A stretch of 64,000 nt of DNA from Minutocellus sp. GHC0000111 (GCA_977018835.1 OZ361258.1:3782001-3846000); one strand, 5' to 3'; positions 1-10,969 are shown, numbered from the stretch's first letter. Notes: a model not told the origin generated them from the sequence alone. Made by a program: numbers and translations.

Positions 1-299
1 GGCCCCTCTGCTGAGGATTGTTGCGTTAACCGGAAGATTTGGAAAATGAGCTTTGCACACCTTCGCCTTTCCCCTTGTTGACTCTCACCTTGTCTTGATT
101 ACAGAGCAACAGGGTTGTTCGCACTTGCTTGACGAGACACACACCTCTTGCAGCAGCAGCTTGCGGCAGTAGTTAAAAACTCGTTTTTGGACTTTTTGAA
201 TGCAAACAAGTGCATGGTTGTGCCAGTCTTTGTTATGGCATTGACTTCAGTGTTGCTGAAGTTTGCAAGATGGTAGTTCATTAGTTCACTTGCGTCGGC

Positions 300-832
300 T
301 GGAGTTGACTCTCCCCCACTCACACCTTCCAAGAAGGGCGGCAGTCAGCCGGACCAGTGAACCAAGGCCAACAGCCAAACACGCAGTTGACAGAGCATTT
401 GTTGACCCAGGAGACAAAAAGTTCGAGTCAGGAAACCCTGGCCTGCTCTACATGGCAGTGTCAAGGGCAACAACACTTGGCGAGAACACCAGCAGCAGCA
501 GCACCACCACACCGGCGCACCGAGTCCACCAAGTAAGTCTCAACTCAGCCATCTACTTCACAGGGCACAACATGACTTTGCACAGAGTGACAAACTTGAA
601 ACTGAAAAAGAACGGGGATGAATATGAAAAAGTTCAACTAAGGAACAAGTGGGTGGCACGAGTCGAAGCAAACACCGTGGGAATGCAGCTAGCTCCAGGA
701 GACACGCCAGAGGCGGCAGTGTTGGACTGGTGTAAAAATGAGCCAAGAAGAACTCGAACAAGCAACAGCCAATCCGGCATGGAGAGCAAACCTAATCAGA
801 GACCTAAATTATTAGCCAAAAATGCAAGCTAG
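300..832 (+). pseudogene. Degenerate PIF1-like helicase C-terminus, probable Helitron relic
   Basis: ORF 263-832 contains GLLYMAVSRATTL, resembling SF1B/PIF1 motif VI. A neighbouring frame from 318 reads THTFQEGRQSAGPV, resembling motif V (TxHxxQG), so the region is frameshifted. DNA is TA- and CG-poor with short microsatellites. Confidence 0.6.
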
Positions 833-1320
833 CCAGGCACAAAACAAACACAGAATCAAACAGGCAGGCTCTTCACAGAGAGTCACTTGTTACCAACACT
901 TAAACACTCCCATGTCCATGTGTGCACAGCAGCAGATGCAGCGGAGAGAAACAACAACATTCCAGCAAAGTGCCAAAGGGTGTTTGTTGGTAAAGAGAGG
1001 CCACATCAACCCTACCCATGCATCAACCCTCTCAATCAAAACCTGCTAACATATGAACATTCATCGCCCTATATTTTTACTTTCAATTTTGCCGCGGGTC
1101 GCCAGGAACACGGCTAAATCGGCCCTCGGCTCAGAACCCGGAAAACAATAGAGGCCGCCCGGGCCCATCCTTTCTTTCCTTCTTTCCGAGCTTCCTTCTT
1201 CCTTTCCTCCGGGTTCAAACTAAACTCAGGTAATGGTGGCTGTGCTTGTTGAGGAAATCCAAAATTGAGCTCACTTTTTGCCATTCGCGCGACAGAGGCG
1301 ACCTGTGTGAGAAAGAACCC

Positions 1321-2040
1321 ATGGACAAGTACCGACTCGTAGGGGAGCGTCGACCTGGGGAAGAGGCGGCCGCTGCAGCTGCTGCATCTGCATCCGCTGT
1401 AGCTGACGAGGGCGACAGCAAGCCTCCTGCTGTCGACAAATCGGCGCAACCGGCACAAGCAGCATCTGCTGGTGCCAATGCGGGAGAGCAGGCATCAGCA
1501 GAGGGAGCAGGTGCTGCCACCAGCGGTACTGGTAGTGGTAGTAGTGGTAGTTCTGATCCCAATGAAATACGCATAACGCAGCAGGGCAAGCCACGGAATT
1601 ACATCTCGTACGCCATCGGCTTGTTCGACCAGGAGGACAATGACAGCATCACTCTCAAGGCGATGGGGAGGGCGATCAACAAATGCGTTACGATTACAGA
1701 CATCCTCAAGAGGAAGATGCCTCTCCATCAGATCACCAAGCTATCGTCCGAGGAGATAATCGACGTCTTCGAACCGCTCGAGGAGGGCCTTGATGTGGTG
1801 GAAAGCAAGCGTTACGTCAGCTGTATGGTCGTGACGCTGAGCAAGACTGGAAAGAATATGGATACGAGCGATATCGGATATCAGGCACCGCTCCCCCTCG
1901 AGGACATACCTAGGTACAACCTGGAGATTTCAATAATAGGCCAACGTTTGATCGATCAGAAACTCCCACGGCAGCCGGCGGCGGTGGCGGTAGTGGAGGC
2001 GGAGATTCAACAACAGTTATGGCAAGGTAGCAGATTCTAA
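1321..2040 (+). CDS. Alba-family (Rpp25-like) nucleic-acid-binding protein; C-terminus shifted by an 8-bp insertion at 1909-1916
   Basis: MDKY start resembles plant Rpp25-like Alba. Core NEIRITQQGKPRNYISYA...ITLKAMGRAINKCVTITDILKRK...GYQAP. Removing CCTAGGTA gives a Gly-rich tail ending at TAG 2028-2030. Confidence 0.88.
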   Translation: MDKYRLVGERRPGEEAAAAAAASASAVADEGDSKPPAVDKSAQPAQAASAGANAGEQASAEGAGAATSGTGSGSSGSSDPNEIRITQQGKPRNYISYAIGLFDQEDNDSITLKAMGRAINKCVTITDILKRKMPLHQITKLSSEEIIDVFEPLEEGLDVVESKRYVSCMVVTLSKTGKNMDTSDIGYQAPLPLEDIPRYNLEISIIGQRLIDQKLPRQPAAVAVVEAEIQQQLWQGSRF

Positions 2041-2132
2041 ACGATCTATTTTCATTTGATCCCTACATTAGATGCATATTACTTCCGTGTAGTAGTCTTC
2101 TCTACATCTACATTACTTTTGTTTACTTTACT

Positions 2133-4010
2133 TTACACGTCGAATATTCCTTTGCGGTCGTCCCAGTTTTTCGGATCATGGAACCAGCTATGCGTCAGAT
2201 TTATGTATAGCATTGGCCTACGACCTTGATTTGCATCAGTAGCGTCTTCGTCGGGCGTCGAAGTGTTGGCAAGTCCTTGGTGTAGCACCCTTGTATCGAA
2301 AATAAGCGCATCTCCCATTTCCAATGAAGGGCGAATCATTCGCAAATGCATCGCTTTCTCATTGCTCTCTGAGCTGGCGGCCGAAAATATTGTACTACCT
2401 TTCTCGGCACCAGATGCATCCTCTGCGGTCATTTTTGCGGTCACACTTAGCCGATGACTGCCATAAACAAATGATGTACCTGCAGCATGTGTGCCGCCGG
2501 TGAAACACCCATCATTATCCATTACACCCTCCTGTGCCTTGCCAGGTGTGAAGAGATTGGCGTAATGGCACGGAAGACAGTCGATGTGTTCAAACAAGTG
2601 AGGTGTGTCGGCATGCATGGCTTGGTCTCCGCTGCCTGGGAGACTTAAAACTGTGCCTACTTGGCCAACTCTAAGCGGCTGTGGAGTGCCATCGGGACCT
2701 GCACCACCGAAATTCCATCTCCCAAAGTTGCCGCTGTAAAGCTTGGTTTTCCCTCCACCACCGTCGTTGATATCTTTCTCAGCATGAGGATTGAATAGAG
2801 CTCGAGCGATGCGAAGGATACTTGGGTGAAATCGAATGCTGCCATCGGCAGTACCTTCTTGAGAAGTAAGGATAGTAGGGCCCTTGTCTTCGTCAGCATC
2901 AATCTCCAGACCCAATTCTTGATACGCTTTCTTGTTTTGCTCCACTCTCAAAGAATACATGGCTGGACCATTTCTAAGATCGACTCTCAAATCCTCTCGC
3001 ATGGCCATCTCGCGATAATTGAGTGGATCGTTCATCCCATCGCGTCCTGGATTCAATATGTCGACATTATCACGAGCTCTGACGATTTCGGCAGCCTGCG
3101 TGAAATCTGTGAGGCATGCATCTCCCCAGGGTTGCGTCTGTGTTTCGGGATCAAATACACTATTGAGCACAACAAAGCCATATGTTTGCAAGGCCTTGAC
3201 AGCAGCTCGAATGGACTCGTCCGATAGGGCAGGATATTTCTGATCTCGGAAGGATTTCATCTCTTCAGCTGTTCGTGTTACTGTAGCTTTTGCAGCAATG
3301 GCTTGTTCATGTTTCAATGACGTTTCACCAGGGAGATGAGCCATATTTGCAGAAACTGTTGCATGCAAATCCTTCCATGGGCACGAAATACTGTTGATCG
3401 GACAGGCACGCTTGGTAATAGCGATCACAATGCATTCGGATTGGCCATCATACCGAGAGTGGATGAGCTTGGCGTTTTCCAAATCCCAAACCAAAGGGCT
3501 CATTGGTGATGATCCCGAGCATGCATCACATTCGCTCAAACATTTCTTTGTATCATATCCAATTTGTTCGCCGCTGTTCAGCAAGCAGACCAGGAGAAAC
3601 CCACCCTTGACTAGACCCCGTCTAATCTTCTTTTCGTTCTCTTTCGACGCAAAGTCAATATTATCTTTGTCTTTATTGTCATAAAGTAAAATACCCGCAT
3701 CGGCAATAGCATCACATGATGAGTCATCAACTGACGATACAATTTGTACTCCCCGGGAGGTGAGGCGCTGTGTGAAGACAGTGGAACCCACAGAGGAAGG
3801 GGATAATGATACATATCGGTTGGACAGGTGCGTCGACTTGCGCTGAGAGAGGAAGGTGGTGGTGATGTGCAGGATGGCGGCATCTGCGGCACGTTCCATT
3901 TGTAGGCCGTTCGTCGAGTCGCTTTTCCCTGCGTCGAAGTTGTCGCCGTCGTCATCGGACTGGTCAGAATCTGATCCAAAAGCGGCGAAGGCATCCTCCT
4001 CGTCTGACAT
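2133..4010 (-). CDS. PhyH/phytanoyl-CoA dioxygenase-like Fe(II)/2OG oxygenase
   Basis: 625-aa ORF with YGFVVL, the HxD motif (QAMHADTPHLF) and a distal His (GDALIFDTRVLHQGLAN...RPMLY). Confidence 0.8.
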   Translation of the reverse strand: MSDEEDAFAAFGSDSDQSDDDGDNFDAGKSDSTNGLQMERAADAAILHITTTFLSQRKSTHLSNRYVSLSPSSVGSTVFTQRLTSRGVQIVSSVDDSSCDAIADAGILLYDNKDKDNIDFASKENEKKIRRGLVKGGFLLVCLLNSGEQIGYDTKKCLSECDACSGSSPMSPLVWDLENAKLIHSRYDGQSECIVIAITKRACPINSISCPWKDLHATVSANMAHLPGETSLKHEQAIAAKATVTRTAEEMKSFRDQKYPALSDESIRAAVKALQTYGFVVLNSVFDPETQTQPWGDACLTDFTQAAEIVRARDNVDILNPGRDGMNDPLNYREMAMREDLRVDLRNGPAMYSLRVEQNKKAYQELGLEIDADEDKGPTILTSQEGTADGSIRFHPSILRIARALFNPHAEKDINDGGGGKTKLYSGNFGRWNFGGAGPDGTPQPLRVGQVGTVLSLPGSGDQAMHADTPHLFEHIDCLPCHYANLFTPGKAQEGVMDNDGCFTGGTHAAGTSFVYGSHRLSVTAKMTAEDASGAEKGSTIFSAASSESNEKAMHLRMIRPSLEMGDALIFDTRVLHQGLANTSTPDEDATDANQGRRPMLYINLTHSWFHDPKNWDDRKGIFDV

Positions 4011-4204
4011 GTTTGTTTGCTATTTTGGTCGTCGTATCTTTGTGAAATGTGCGGTTCGCGAGGAGCGAGAGTCGAGCGAGAAGCAGACGGGCGATGGACA
4101 GGACTGTGGCGGTTCCGCCAACACGCATGTTCGCTCTCCACTCTCGATCAACTCTGCAACTCTCGGACTTCGCTAGCTAGCTACTAGCAAGAGCCAACGC
4201 CACG

Positions 4205-6118
4205 ATGATATCGCGATGTAGCCTATCGGCGTTGCGTTCAAGTAGCCGTCGATGGTATGATATGAGCCATTTGAGTGCCAGCTCGTCAGCATTTATGGCG
4301 CAAGGCGAAAGCTGCTTACGAAGAGCGGCAGCTGATTCATCAATGCCGGTACACGTACTGCTTCGCAGCGTTTGGTCCTCAGCTGGAGCCTCACCTCGAG
4401 ACCTGGCTGATCTCGAGGATAAAGTCTTGGCAGCGCTAAATTCCAACGCCGTTGATCCTGTGCTGAACAAGGATGTGGTCTCCCTCGGTTGGGTCCGAGG
4501 CGTTGCATTTCCGCATTCGACCGAGCAAGAACAGCCCGTCAGAGTATCGGTTCGTTTGCCGACGATGCTCCATCCGTCGATTGGAGATGTTCAAGATCAA
4601 ATACAGAATATTGTTCAGCAGGAGATACATTCGTTTGCAACACAGAAGGGTTGGGATGTCGGTGCTGAAAGTGAGGATATTGGTGTAGATGTTTCAGTTG
4701 TGCCATCCAAGCCTGTGCCGTTAGCCCAGACTGCTGCTGAGCACGCCGAGATAATAAAAAAACTTGGTCCAGGTCTGGCCAACGTGGGCCAATTCCTAGC
4801 CGTCTACAGTTGCAAGGGTGGGGTTGGAAAATCGACCGTGGCAACAAATCTAGCATACGAATTGTCACGACTGGGAGCTCGAGTTGGTTTGCTTGATGTC
4901 GACATATATGGTCCTTCTTTACCCGTCCTCGTAAAGCCAGATGACCCAGCGGTGAGACGGTCAGCCAAGGGCTCTGGTATGGTCCATCCCATTGATCATC
5001 GTGGAGTCAAGCTAATGAGCCTTGGATATGTCTCTCCAAATTCCGGCGTTCCGGGATCTGGACCTGCCGGGGGACCGGCAGTAATGCGTGGGCCTATGGC
5101 AGGGAGGGTTGTAGCGCAATTGCTCGAAGGAACCGATTGGGGAGAACTCGACGTGCTCGTTTTGGATTTGCCTCCGGGAACTGGTGATGTGCAACTCGAA
5201 GTGTGTCAATCGCTGCAATTGAGTGGAGCTGTCTGCGTGACAACGCCCAGTAAGCTTGCTGTTGCGGATGCCGTCAAGGGCGTGGAAATGTTTGGAGCAC
5301 TTGGTGTCCCTACCCTTGCCACGGTTCAGAATATGAGTTACTTTGATTGTGAGGGAGGGTCTCGGCATTATCCTTTTGGAAAGGGTATTATTGATGCAAA
5401 TGGCGAGATCGGTGATAGCAACATATCACCGTTGGAAGCTGTCGGTATTGATTCGTCGTCCATCGTCCAGCTTCCCATCTCGCCTCTGACAAATGGTGCA
5501 AATGATTCAGGTGAGCCCTTGTGCCTCGAGCGTCCAAGTGATGGCGAGGCAGAATTGCAGGCATTCGAAGGACTGGCAAAAGTCGTATCTCAAGAGATGT
5601 TATTGTTGCAGCATGGCCTATCACGCATGAAAAGCTCTGAAAATAGTGGCGCAAATAGTGGCTCATCGGATGCAGTCGTTGCTTTCGACAGCGGAGCCGG
5701 ACAAAAGTTCGATGTTGCATCATTACATATGTCAATTGATAGCAGCGACGCAAAGTCATTTGCCGTCAGACTATTCTCAGATGCCGGTGCATGGCAGGGT
5801 AAGGTTGACGGCATGACTCTGCGTTCGATTGACCCAAAGACGGGAGAAAGAATGTCCGATACAATCGACGAGGAGCCCAAGCCAAAAGCAGGATGCAGTA
5901 GTTCAAGTCCTAATGGAGGTATCGATTGCATTGTGATTCATCGTCACACAAACGACGAGAAGAAGCCACGGCTATTTTCCGCCAAGATAGAGAAGAAGGG
6001 TGGATATTCAGTTGAGTGGGCCGACGGGGCGACCATTATTTACTCGATGCTGAGCATTGCCAAGGCTGCTGGTGGCAAACCCGTCAATGATGACAAATGG
6101 AGCGTTGAAGAGAAGTAG
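4205..6118 (+). CDS. HCF101: HCF101-like Mrp/NBP35 Fe-S cluster scaffold ATPase
   Basis: N-terminal DUF59-like DPVLNKDVVSLGWV, deviant Walker A SCKGGVGKST, DVDIYGPS, DLPPGTGD, and C-terminal DUF971-like YSVEWADG..IYS. Confidence 0.88.
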   Translation: MISRCSLSALRSSSRRWYDMSHLSASSSAFMAQGESCLRRAAADSSMPVHVLLRSVWSSAGASPRDLADLEDKVLAALNSNAVDPVLNKDVVSLGWVRGVAFPHSTEQEQPVRVSVRLPTMLHPSIGDVQDQIQNIVQQEIHSFATQKGWDVGAESEDIGVDVSVVPSKPVPLAQTAAEHAEIIKKLGPGLANVGQFLAVYSCKGGVGKSTVATNLAYELSRLGARVGLLDVDIYGPSLPVLVKPDDPAVRRSAKGSGMVHPIDHRGVKLMSLGYVSPNSGVPGSGPAGGPAVMRGPMAGRVVAQLLEGTDWGELDVLVLDLPPGTGDVQLEVCQSLQLSGAVCVTTPSKLAVADAVKGVEMFGALGVPTLATVQNMSYFDCEGGSRHYPFGKGIIDANGEIGDSNISPLEAVGIDSSSIVQLPISPLTNGANDSGEPLCLERPSDGEAELQAFEGLAKVVSQEMLLLQHGLSRMKSSENSGANSGSSDAVVAFDSGAGQKFDVASLHMSIDSSDAKSFAVRLFSDAGAWQGKVDGMTLRSIDPKTGERMSDTIDEEPKPKAGCSSSSPNGGIDCIVIHRHTNDEKKPRLFSAKIEKKGGYSVEWADGATIIYSMLSIAKAAGGKPVNDDKWSVEEK

Positions 6119-7391
6119 TACCGGTATGGAAAGCATAATATCATATTCTCCCTGTCTAACTGTGCTTCCCATTTGTCGTAATCTATTTCTCTTTCGCTGA
6201 GCCAAAATTTCCAAATCTCTGGGTTCCAGCACACCATTGCTTTGTGCATCCAACTGGACAAACAATTCTCGTAGCTCATCAATCAGTTCTTGATCGACCT
6301 TGCCCATCGTCACAAGCATGTGTGTTATAAATTCAACCTCAGACACTTGGCCGTCGCTGTTGTCATCCATCGTCTTCAAATCTTCAAAAGGTCATTTCTC
6401 TCGAAAGAAACTCATGTTCAGCTTTATGTGCGGCCTTCGTAACGAGAAAGCCCCCAATGACACTGAGGATCTCACCTAAAATTGCAACGGACAGTGGAAT
6501 GAATATCACCGCGAAGAGCCTAGCCGCTTGAGACGCTGGAGCAACGTCCCCGAGCCCAACCGTCGTGGTCGTGATGAATGCATAATAAACCGATGTCCAC
6601 CACCCCCATCCTTCGTGTCGCCCCATGATGCCAGCGAGAACAACTATGAGCAAAATGTTTGGCGCCTGTGTGAGGACAAGATGTCTCAGAACAGTCATCA
6701 GAGTTGGTTTTGGAGCGGGCCTTACGTGAGGTACCGTGCTGTTGTCACCGGGAACTGTGAAGCTACTTATGGTAGAAGTATTTGTTGAAACAGTGTCGTT
6801 GTGTCGATGAAAACGACCTCGCAATGCGTCAACAATTCTCTGTTCTGCCGCTTCAACCGCTCCGGCTTCTGCTTCGACCAAGTTTCTGCCAATGTAGCCA
6901 AGAGTAATTCCAAGAATGCTGATTCCATACTGTGCAAAGAATACCGTAAATAATCTGCCGCCCCTTGTTTGTGGGCAGAGATCACCGTAGCCCACGGAAG
7001 TGAAGACCGTTGTAGCAAAGTAGAGGGAATTGACAATGCTCCACTTCTCGAAAATGAAGCTATATGCCACAACTGATAGGAGCATATAAATCAAAATATA
7101 GGCCGTGCAGAATCGCGATGCCCAAGAAGAGTGTGCCGCATCAACAAAGCCCTTTGTAATGCCGCTATGATCGTCGTCCTCTTCTTGATGTTTCTTCCTT
7201 TTGGCTCTCAACCATCGAGCTGTTCTTGCCCGGCTGTAAACATACTTCAAAGTTCTGATCAATGGACTCGATCCAATAATCACCTCGCGCCAAGTCAATT
7301 TGTGATGATTGTGGTAGTGATGAGCACGAAGGCAAGTCTGCCACCTTAGGGTGGTGCTTCTTCCCGGCATGGGATGTGACACCACGAGCAA
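6008..7391 (-). CDS. Two-pore (TPK/KCO-like) potassium channel with C-terminal EF-hands; frameshift at about 6385, both ends uncertain
   Basis: Two pore loops (TSVGYGD, TTVGLGD) with four TM segments. EF-hands (MDDNSDGQVSEVEF, LDAQSNGVL) lie in the next frame; removing one T from ACCTTTTGAAG gives REMTFEDLKTMDD. Confidence 0.85.
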
Positions 7392-7908
7392 CTGGTACCA
7401 ATTGTTTCACGACGAGATGGTCCAAAGAAAATATGTCACGGAATGCGCACTGCGAGACTTTCCCGATCAACCAAAGTGCCGAGAATCCAAGTGGATTCCC
7501 TTCCTTCTCGATGACATTGGTGTGGACCGCAACACCGTCGTCGTGGGTCACTCGAGTGGAGCTGCTTGCGCGATGAGACTGTTGGAATTAGATAAAGTTG
7601 ATGGACCACTTCGAGGTGCCATCCTCGTCGCTGCGGCTCATACCGACTTGGGAGATGAATGGGAGGCCCAGAGCGAGCACTTCAATCGACCGTGGGATTG
7701 GTCCAAGATGAAGAGTGGGGCCGATATCATACACTTGTTTCATGGAACGGATGATCATTTAATTCCTGTCCGAGAAGCAAGACACATTGCAGAAATGATG
7801 GAGGGCGATAACTTTGAATACAGTGAGCTCCCTGGCAAAGGACATTTCTTTTTTCCATGGCAGGAATTGCTGGACGTAATGGATAAGAAGTTTGGTGATG
7901 CAGAATGA
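7351..7908 (+). CDS. RBBP9/YdeN-like serine hydrolase (start uncertain)
   Basis: VLLPGMG, nucleophile elbow VGHSSGA, HGTDDHLIP (catalytic Asp) and GKGHF (catalytic His). Confidence 0.88.
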   Translation: MVLLPGMGCDTTSNWYQLFHDEMVQRKYVTECALRDFPDQPKCRESKWIPFLLDDIGVDRNTVVVGHSSGAACAMRLLELDKVDGPLRGAILVAAAHTDLGDEWEAQSEHFNRPWDWSKMKSGADIIHLFHGTDDHLIPVREARHIAEMMEGDNFEYSELPGKGHFFFPWQELLDVMDKKFGDAE

Positions 7909-8591
7909 TTGATTGAAGATAGATGAAAAAGTACATGTGCAGAAATTGATTTATAGTGAGTGCATGCACTACGTGCATGTAGATCTAGTTACCGGCAGGT
8001 CTCTAAAAAACATGATAGAGACGTCTGCCACCAGTAGATCTAGAGATCTAGAAAGATGTTGTTTGGAAACTTAAAAAAATAAAAATCCAAAATGAAAGTC
8101 TCCATTGTGATTCACTGAATGAATGCCGATCAAATCATCTTCGAATGGCGAGTCGAATTTTGCGGCGGCTTCCCGGTTTTGAACCGCAAAGTTAAAAGCT
8201 ATTCCCAGAATTACCCCCTTTCCTTGGGAACTTCCTAATTTGTTCCTAATTAGGGTTGTGTTGAAAATTTGTGTGGTATTTTGCCGTGTTGCAGCGGGCC
8301 CTGGCCCGAAGCATCTCCGGAGCACCCAATGCCCCTTTTCGCTTGTACATATTTTAAGAATAAAGAGCTCGCATTTTCCAGCATGTATGCAACTAAGTAA
8401 TCAGCAGGTAGAAGTGTCGAGGTCCCAAAGGTACAAATTACGCCGAGGATCTTGAAACAAAACTGGCCCATCTCGTCATCGACAGCGCAGCAGCACACAC
8501 AGGCCGATCGACCTACCGGCGATACCGCGTGGCCTCCTGCCAAGTTATCGCGAAGAGTAACGGTGCAACAACCGTGAGCGCTGCACAGCTT

Positions 8592-9893
8592 ATGCATGCC
8601 ATGCGTAGCATCACATCAACCATTTTTTGTACCATTATTGTGGCCGTCGCCATGACATCGTCGACTAGACAGGCCTCGTTTGCTCATGCTCTGTCCATGA
8701 TGAGCGGCGGACTGCAGGACAAGTCGGTTGTGGTCGGTCTCAATGCGGCCTTCCAAAAACGTTTCATCCTCCCATCGTCGACACCCCTGACTCCAGGGTC
8801 GGTGCATCGCGCGGACGCTGTCGAGGAAGGCTTGGGCGGTAAAGGTCAAGATGTGGCCGTGACGCTTCGTCATCTCTGGCCCGATGCTCCCTCCCGACCA
8901 CTTGCTTTGGCGCAATTCATCGGAACTGGTGCCGGCGGCGATGCGGTCATGTCCCTTCTCGAGACGACCCTGGGTGAAGGAGGTTCGTGGGATGCTTTGA
9001 CCGTTCGGTGTAAGAGTTCCATGCGGACTTGTACCAGCATCATTGGGTCCGATTCCACCACTGAATTGGTTGAACCATCTGGAGTTGTGGAAGATGATGA
9101 GGTGGACAATTTCCAGGGTCGTATCGATGCTCTGACTGCAGTAGAAGAATCAGGAAAGAATCTTGGTGCGGCTTCGCTATGCATTATGGGGTCAATGCCT
9201 CCTGGATGCGCTGATGACACCTATGGCAACCTATGCTCGGCAGTATCTGGTGATCAAACCCTCACCGTTATCGACTCTGTGATCGGCTTAAAGCCTTTGC
9301 TCGCTTCCTTGGCGTCCAAGAGAGACAGCGATACGTACAAGGGTGGAGCAGTTTTAAAAATCAACGCGTCGGAATTGTGTAGACTCGCTGGAGTGGAACA
9401 GTCTGGAGCATCGGAAGAAGATGGGGTCTCATTGGATGAATTGAAGGCTGCCGTGGATAAATTCAAGTCAAATTTTGCTGCGAATGAGGCATTGGATTAC
9501 ATGGCCATAACCGATGGAAGGCATCCAGCTCACTTGGTCAAGGTTAAAGATTCAACCGTGTTCCGTTTGGGCGTGGTTGATCTATCGTCTGGCCAGACGC
9601 TTTACCCCATTGGTGCTGGGGATAGCGTCGCGGCTGGTACTCTTGCGGCTTGGCTGCATCTTCGGGATGCGCCCAAGAGTCCGCTGGACGACGACTGTCG
9701 CGAGGCACTTACAAAGTTCCGAGATGATATTGATATCAAAGACATCGATGATGATTCGAGCAATGTGCTCGCTGCATTTGCCTTTGGCGTATCCTGTGGA
9801 TCAGCGTCCTGTCTTCAAGCAGAGAACTCTGTTGTGGACACGAAGGATGTAACTGAATTGTTGGGCAAAGTGCCGAGCCCAACGACATGCTAG
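8592..9893 (+). CDS. PfkB/ribokinase-family sugar kinase (1-phosphofructokinase-like), probably with signal peptide
   Basis: GLNAA, GGKGQDVA, RTCTSI, GSMPPG, KINASE and PIGAGDSVAAG motifs; hydrophobic N-terminus. Confidence 0.85.
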   Translation: MHAMRSITSTIFCTIIVAVAMTSSTRQASFAHALSMMSGGLQDKSVVVGLNAAFQKRFILPSSTPLTPGSVHRADAVEEGLGGKGQDVAVTLRHLWPDAPSRPLALAQFIGTGAGGDAVMSLLETTLGEGGSWDALTVRCKSSMRTCTSIIGSDSTTELVEPSGVVEDDEVDNFQGRIDALTAVEESGKNLGAASLCIMGSMPPGCADDTYGNLCSAVSGDQTLTVIDSVIGLKPLLASLASKRDSDTYKGGAVLKINASELCRLAGVEQSGASEEDGVSLDELKAAVDKFKSNFAANEALDYMAITDGRHPAHLVKVKDSTVFRLGVVDLSSGQTLYPIGAGDSVAAGTLAAWLHLRDAPKSPLDDDCREALTKFRDDIDIKDIDDDSSNVLAAFAFGVSCGSASCLQAENSVVDTKDVTELLGKVPSPTTC

Positions 9894-9961
9894 CTAGTAT
9901 TATTCATTTACAAAAATGGAACTACGACGTGACAATAAACGATTACAAATTTAAATGAATA

Positions 9962-10969
9962 TTATTGCAAAAGCGACTCGGTCCACAATATTTCTTCTTC
10001 AGTAGGCTCTCGAAACTTGCCAACAGATAGGTCGCCCAGTCTCACTTCTCCGTGCCTTTCTCGCTTCAGTTCCAATACAGGATGTCCGCAATTGGCCAGC
10101 ATTCTTCTAACCATGCGATGCTTGCCTTCGGTGACGACTACGCGCACATCTGTTTGTTCCATTGATTCATCGCCATCCTCGCTGGCAGTACGTTCGCTTT
10201 CAGGGACAGGATATACGTCGAGAAGGTCAGCCTGGTGGACACCCTCCGAAGTTTCGACTCCACTGCTCAATTTGTGTCTCAATTCTTCTTCGTCAACTCT
10301 CCCTTCAACTCGAGCGACATACTCTTTCTCAACACCTCGTCTAGGATGTAGAAGTCTCTGGGTTAATTCGCCAGAAGACGAAAAGAGAATCAAACCAGTC
10401 GTCTCGTAATCGAGTCTTCCAACTGGATGTAATTTATTCGATGTGGAGAACTCGCATTCCTCCAGCTTTTCACCCAGGTGGCTTCGTTCCTTGTCGTCCA
10501 TGGCCGATAATACATACTTGGGCTTGTGATAAACGAGAATGGGCGGCGGTGGACCCGGCAACTCCTTTCCATCCAAATAAAGCGTCGCTTCAGGATGGAC
10601 CTTCTCGCTTGGCCCTTTGATGCCCACGATCTTGCCTGTACTCCTGTCCAAGTAACTAATCCTCTTTTGCCTGAGCAGCTTCGATGTATGAGACCGAGTT
10701 CCCACTCCGCGATTTGATAGCACACGATCTGCTCGAAGCAGCCCGGGCTGCTTTTTCTTGTACTTTTTTGCGCCGCCTACGCCGCTCGCCTGTTGCTTCT
10801 GCTTCTCGGCATATAACGAGGTGTGAAAGAATCGGGAAGCGATGGCTGATGCGACGGGTGCAGTATCTCGGACGGTGCAGGAACTTGGAACAAATGAGCA
10901 CATGCGTTGCCGACCAGCTACCCTACACATAGAAGCGGCCAACATAGTAGTCGCCATCATGGTCTTCAT
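9962..10969 (-). CDS. RsuA/RluB-family RNA pseudouridine synthase with S4 domain, organellar
   Basis: S4-like RADRVLSNRGVGTRS; YHKP; HPVGRLDYETTGL with catalytic Asp; EKEYVA; TEGKHRMVRRML. Confidence 0.92.
   Translation of the reverse strand: MKTMMATTMLAASMCRVAGRQRMCSFVPSSCTVRDTAPVASAIASRFFHTSLYAEKQKQQASGVGGAKKYKKKQPGLLRADRVLSNRGVGTRSHTSKLLRQKRISYLDRSTGKIVGIKGPSEKVHPEATLYLDGKELPGPPPPILVYHKPKYVLSAMDDKERSHLGEKLEECEFSTSNKLHPVGRLDYETTGLILFSSSGELTQRLLHPRRGVEKEYVARVEGRVDEEELRHKLSSGVETSEGVHQADLLDVYPVPESERTASEDGDESMEQTDVRVVVTEGKHRMVRRMLANCGHPVLELKRERHGEVRLGDLSVGKFREPTEEEILWTESLLQ

Noticed and set aside
7346..7351. Single TTAGGG at the TPK/RBBP9 junction
   Set aside because: One hexamer is expected by chance many times in 64 kb.
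8060..8460. AT-rich segment resembling a non-autonomous TE, with CCTAATTAGG
   Set aside because: No TIR, TSD or coding remnant found.
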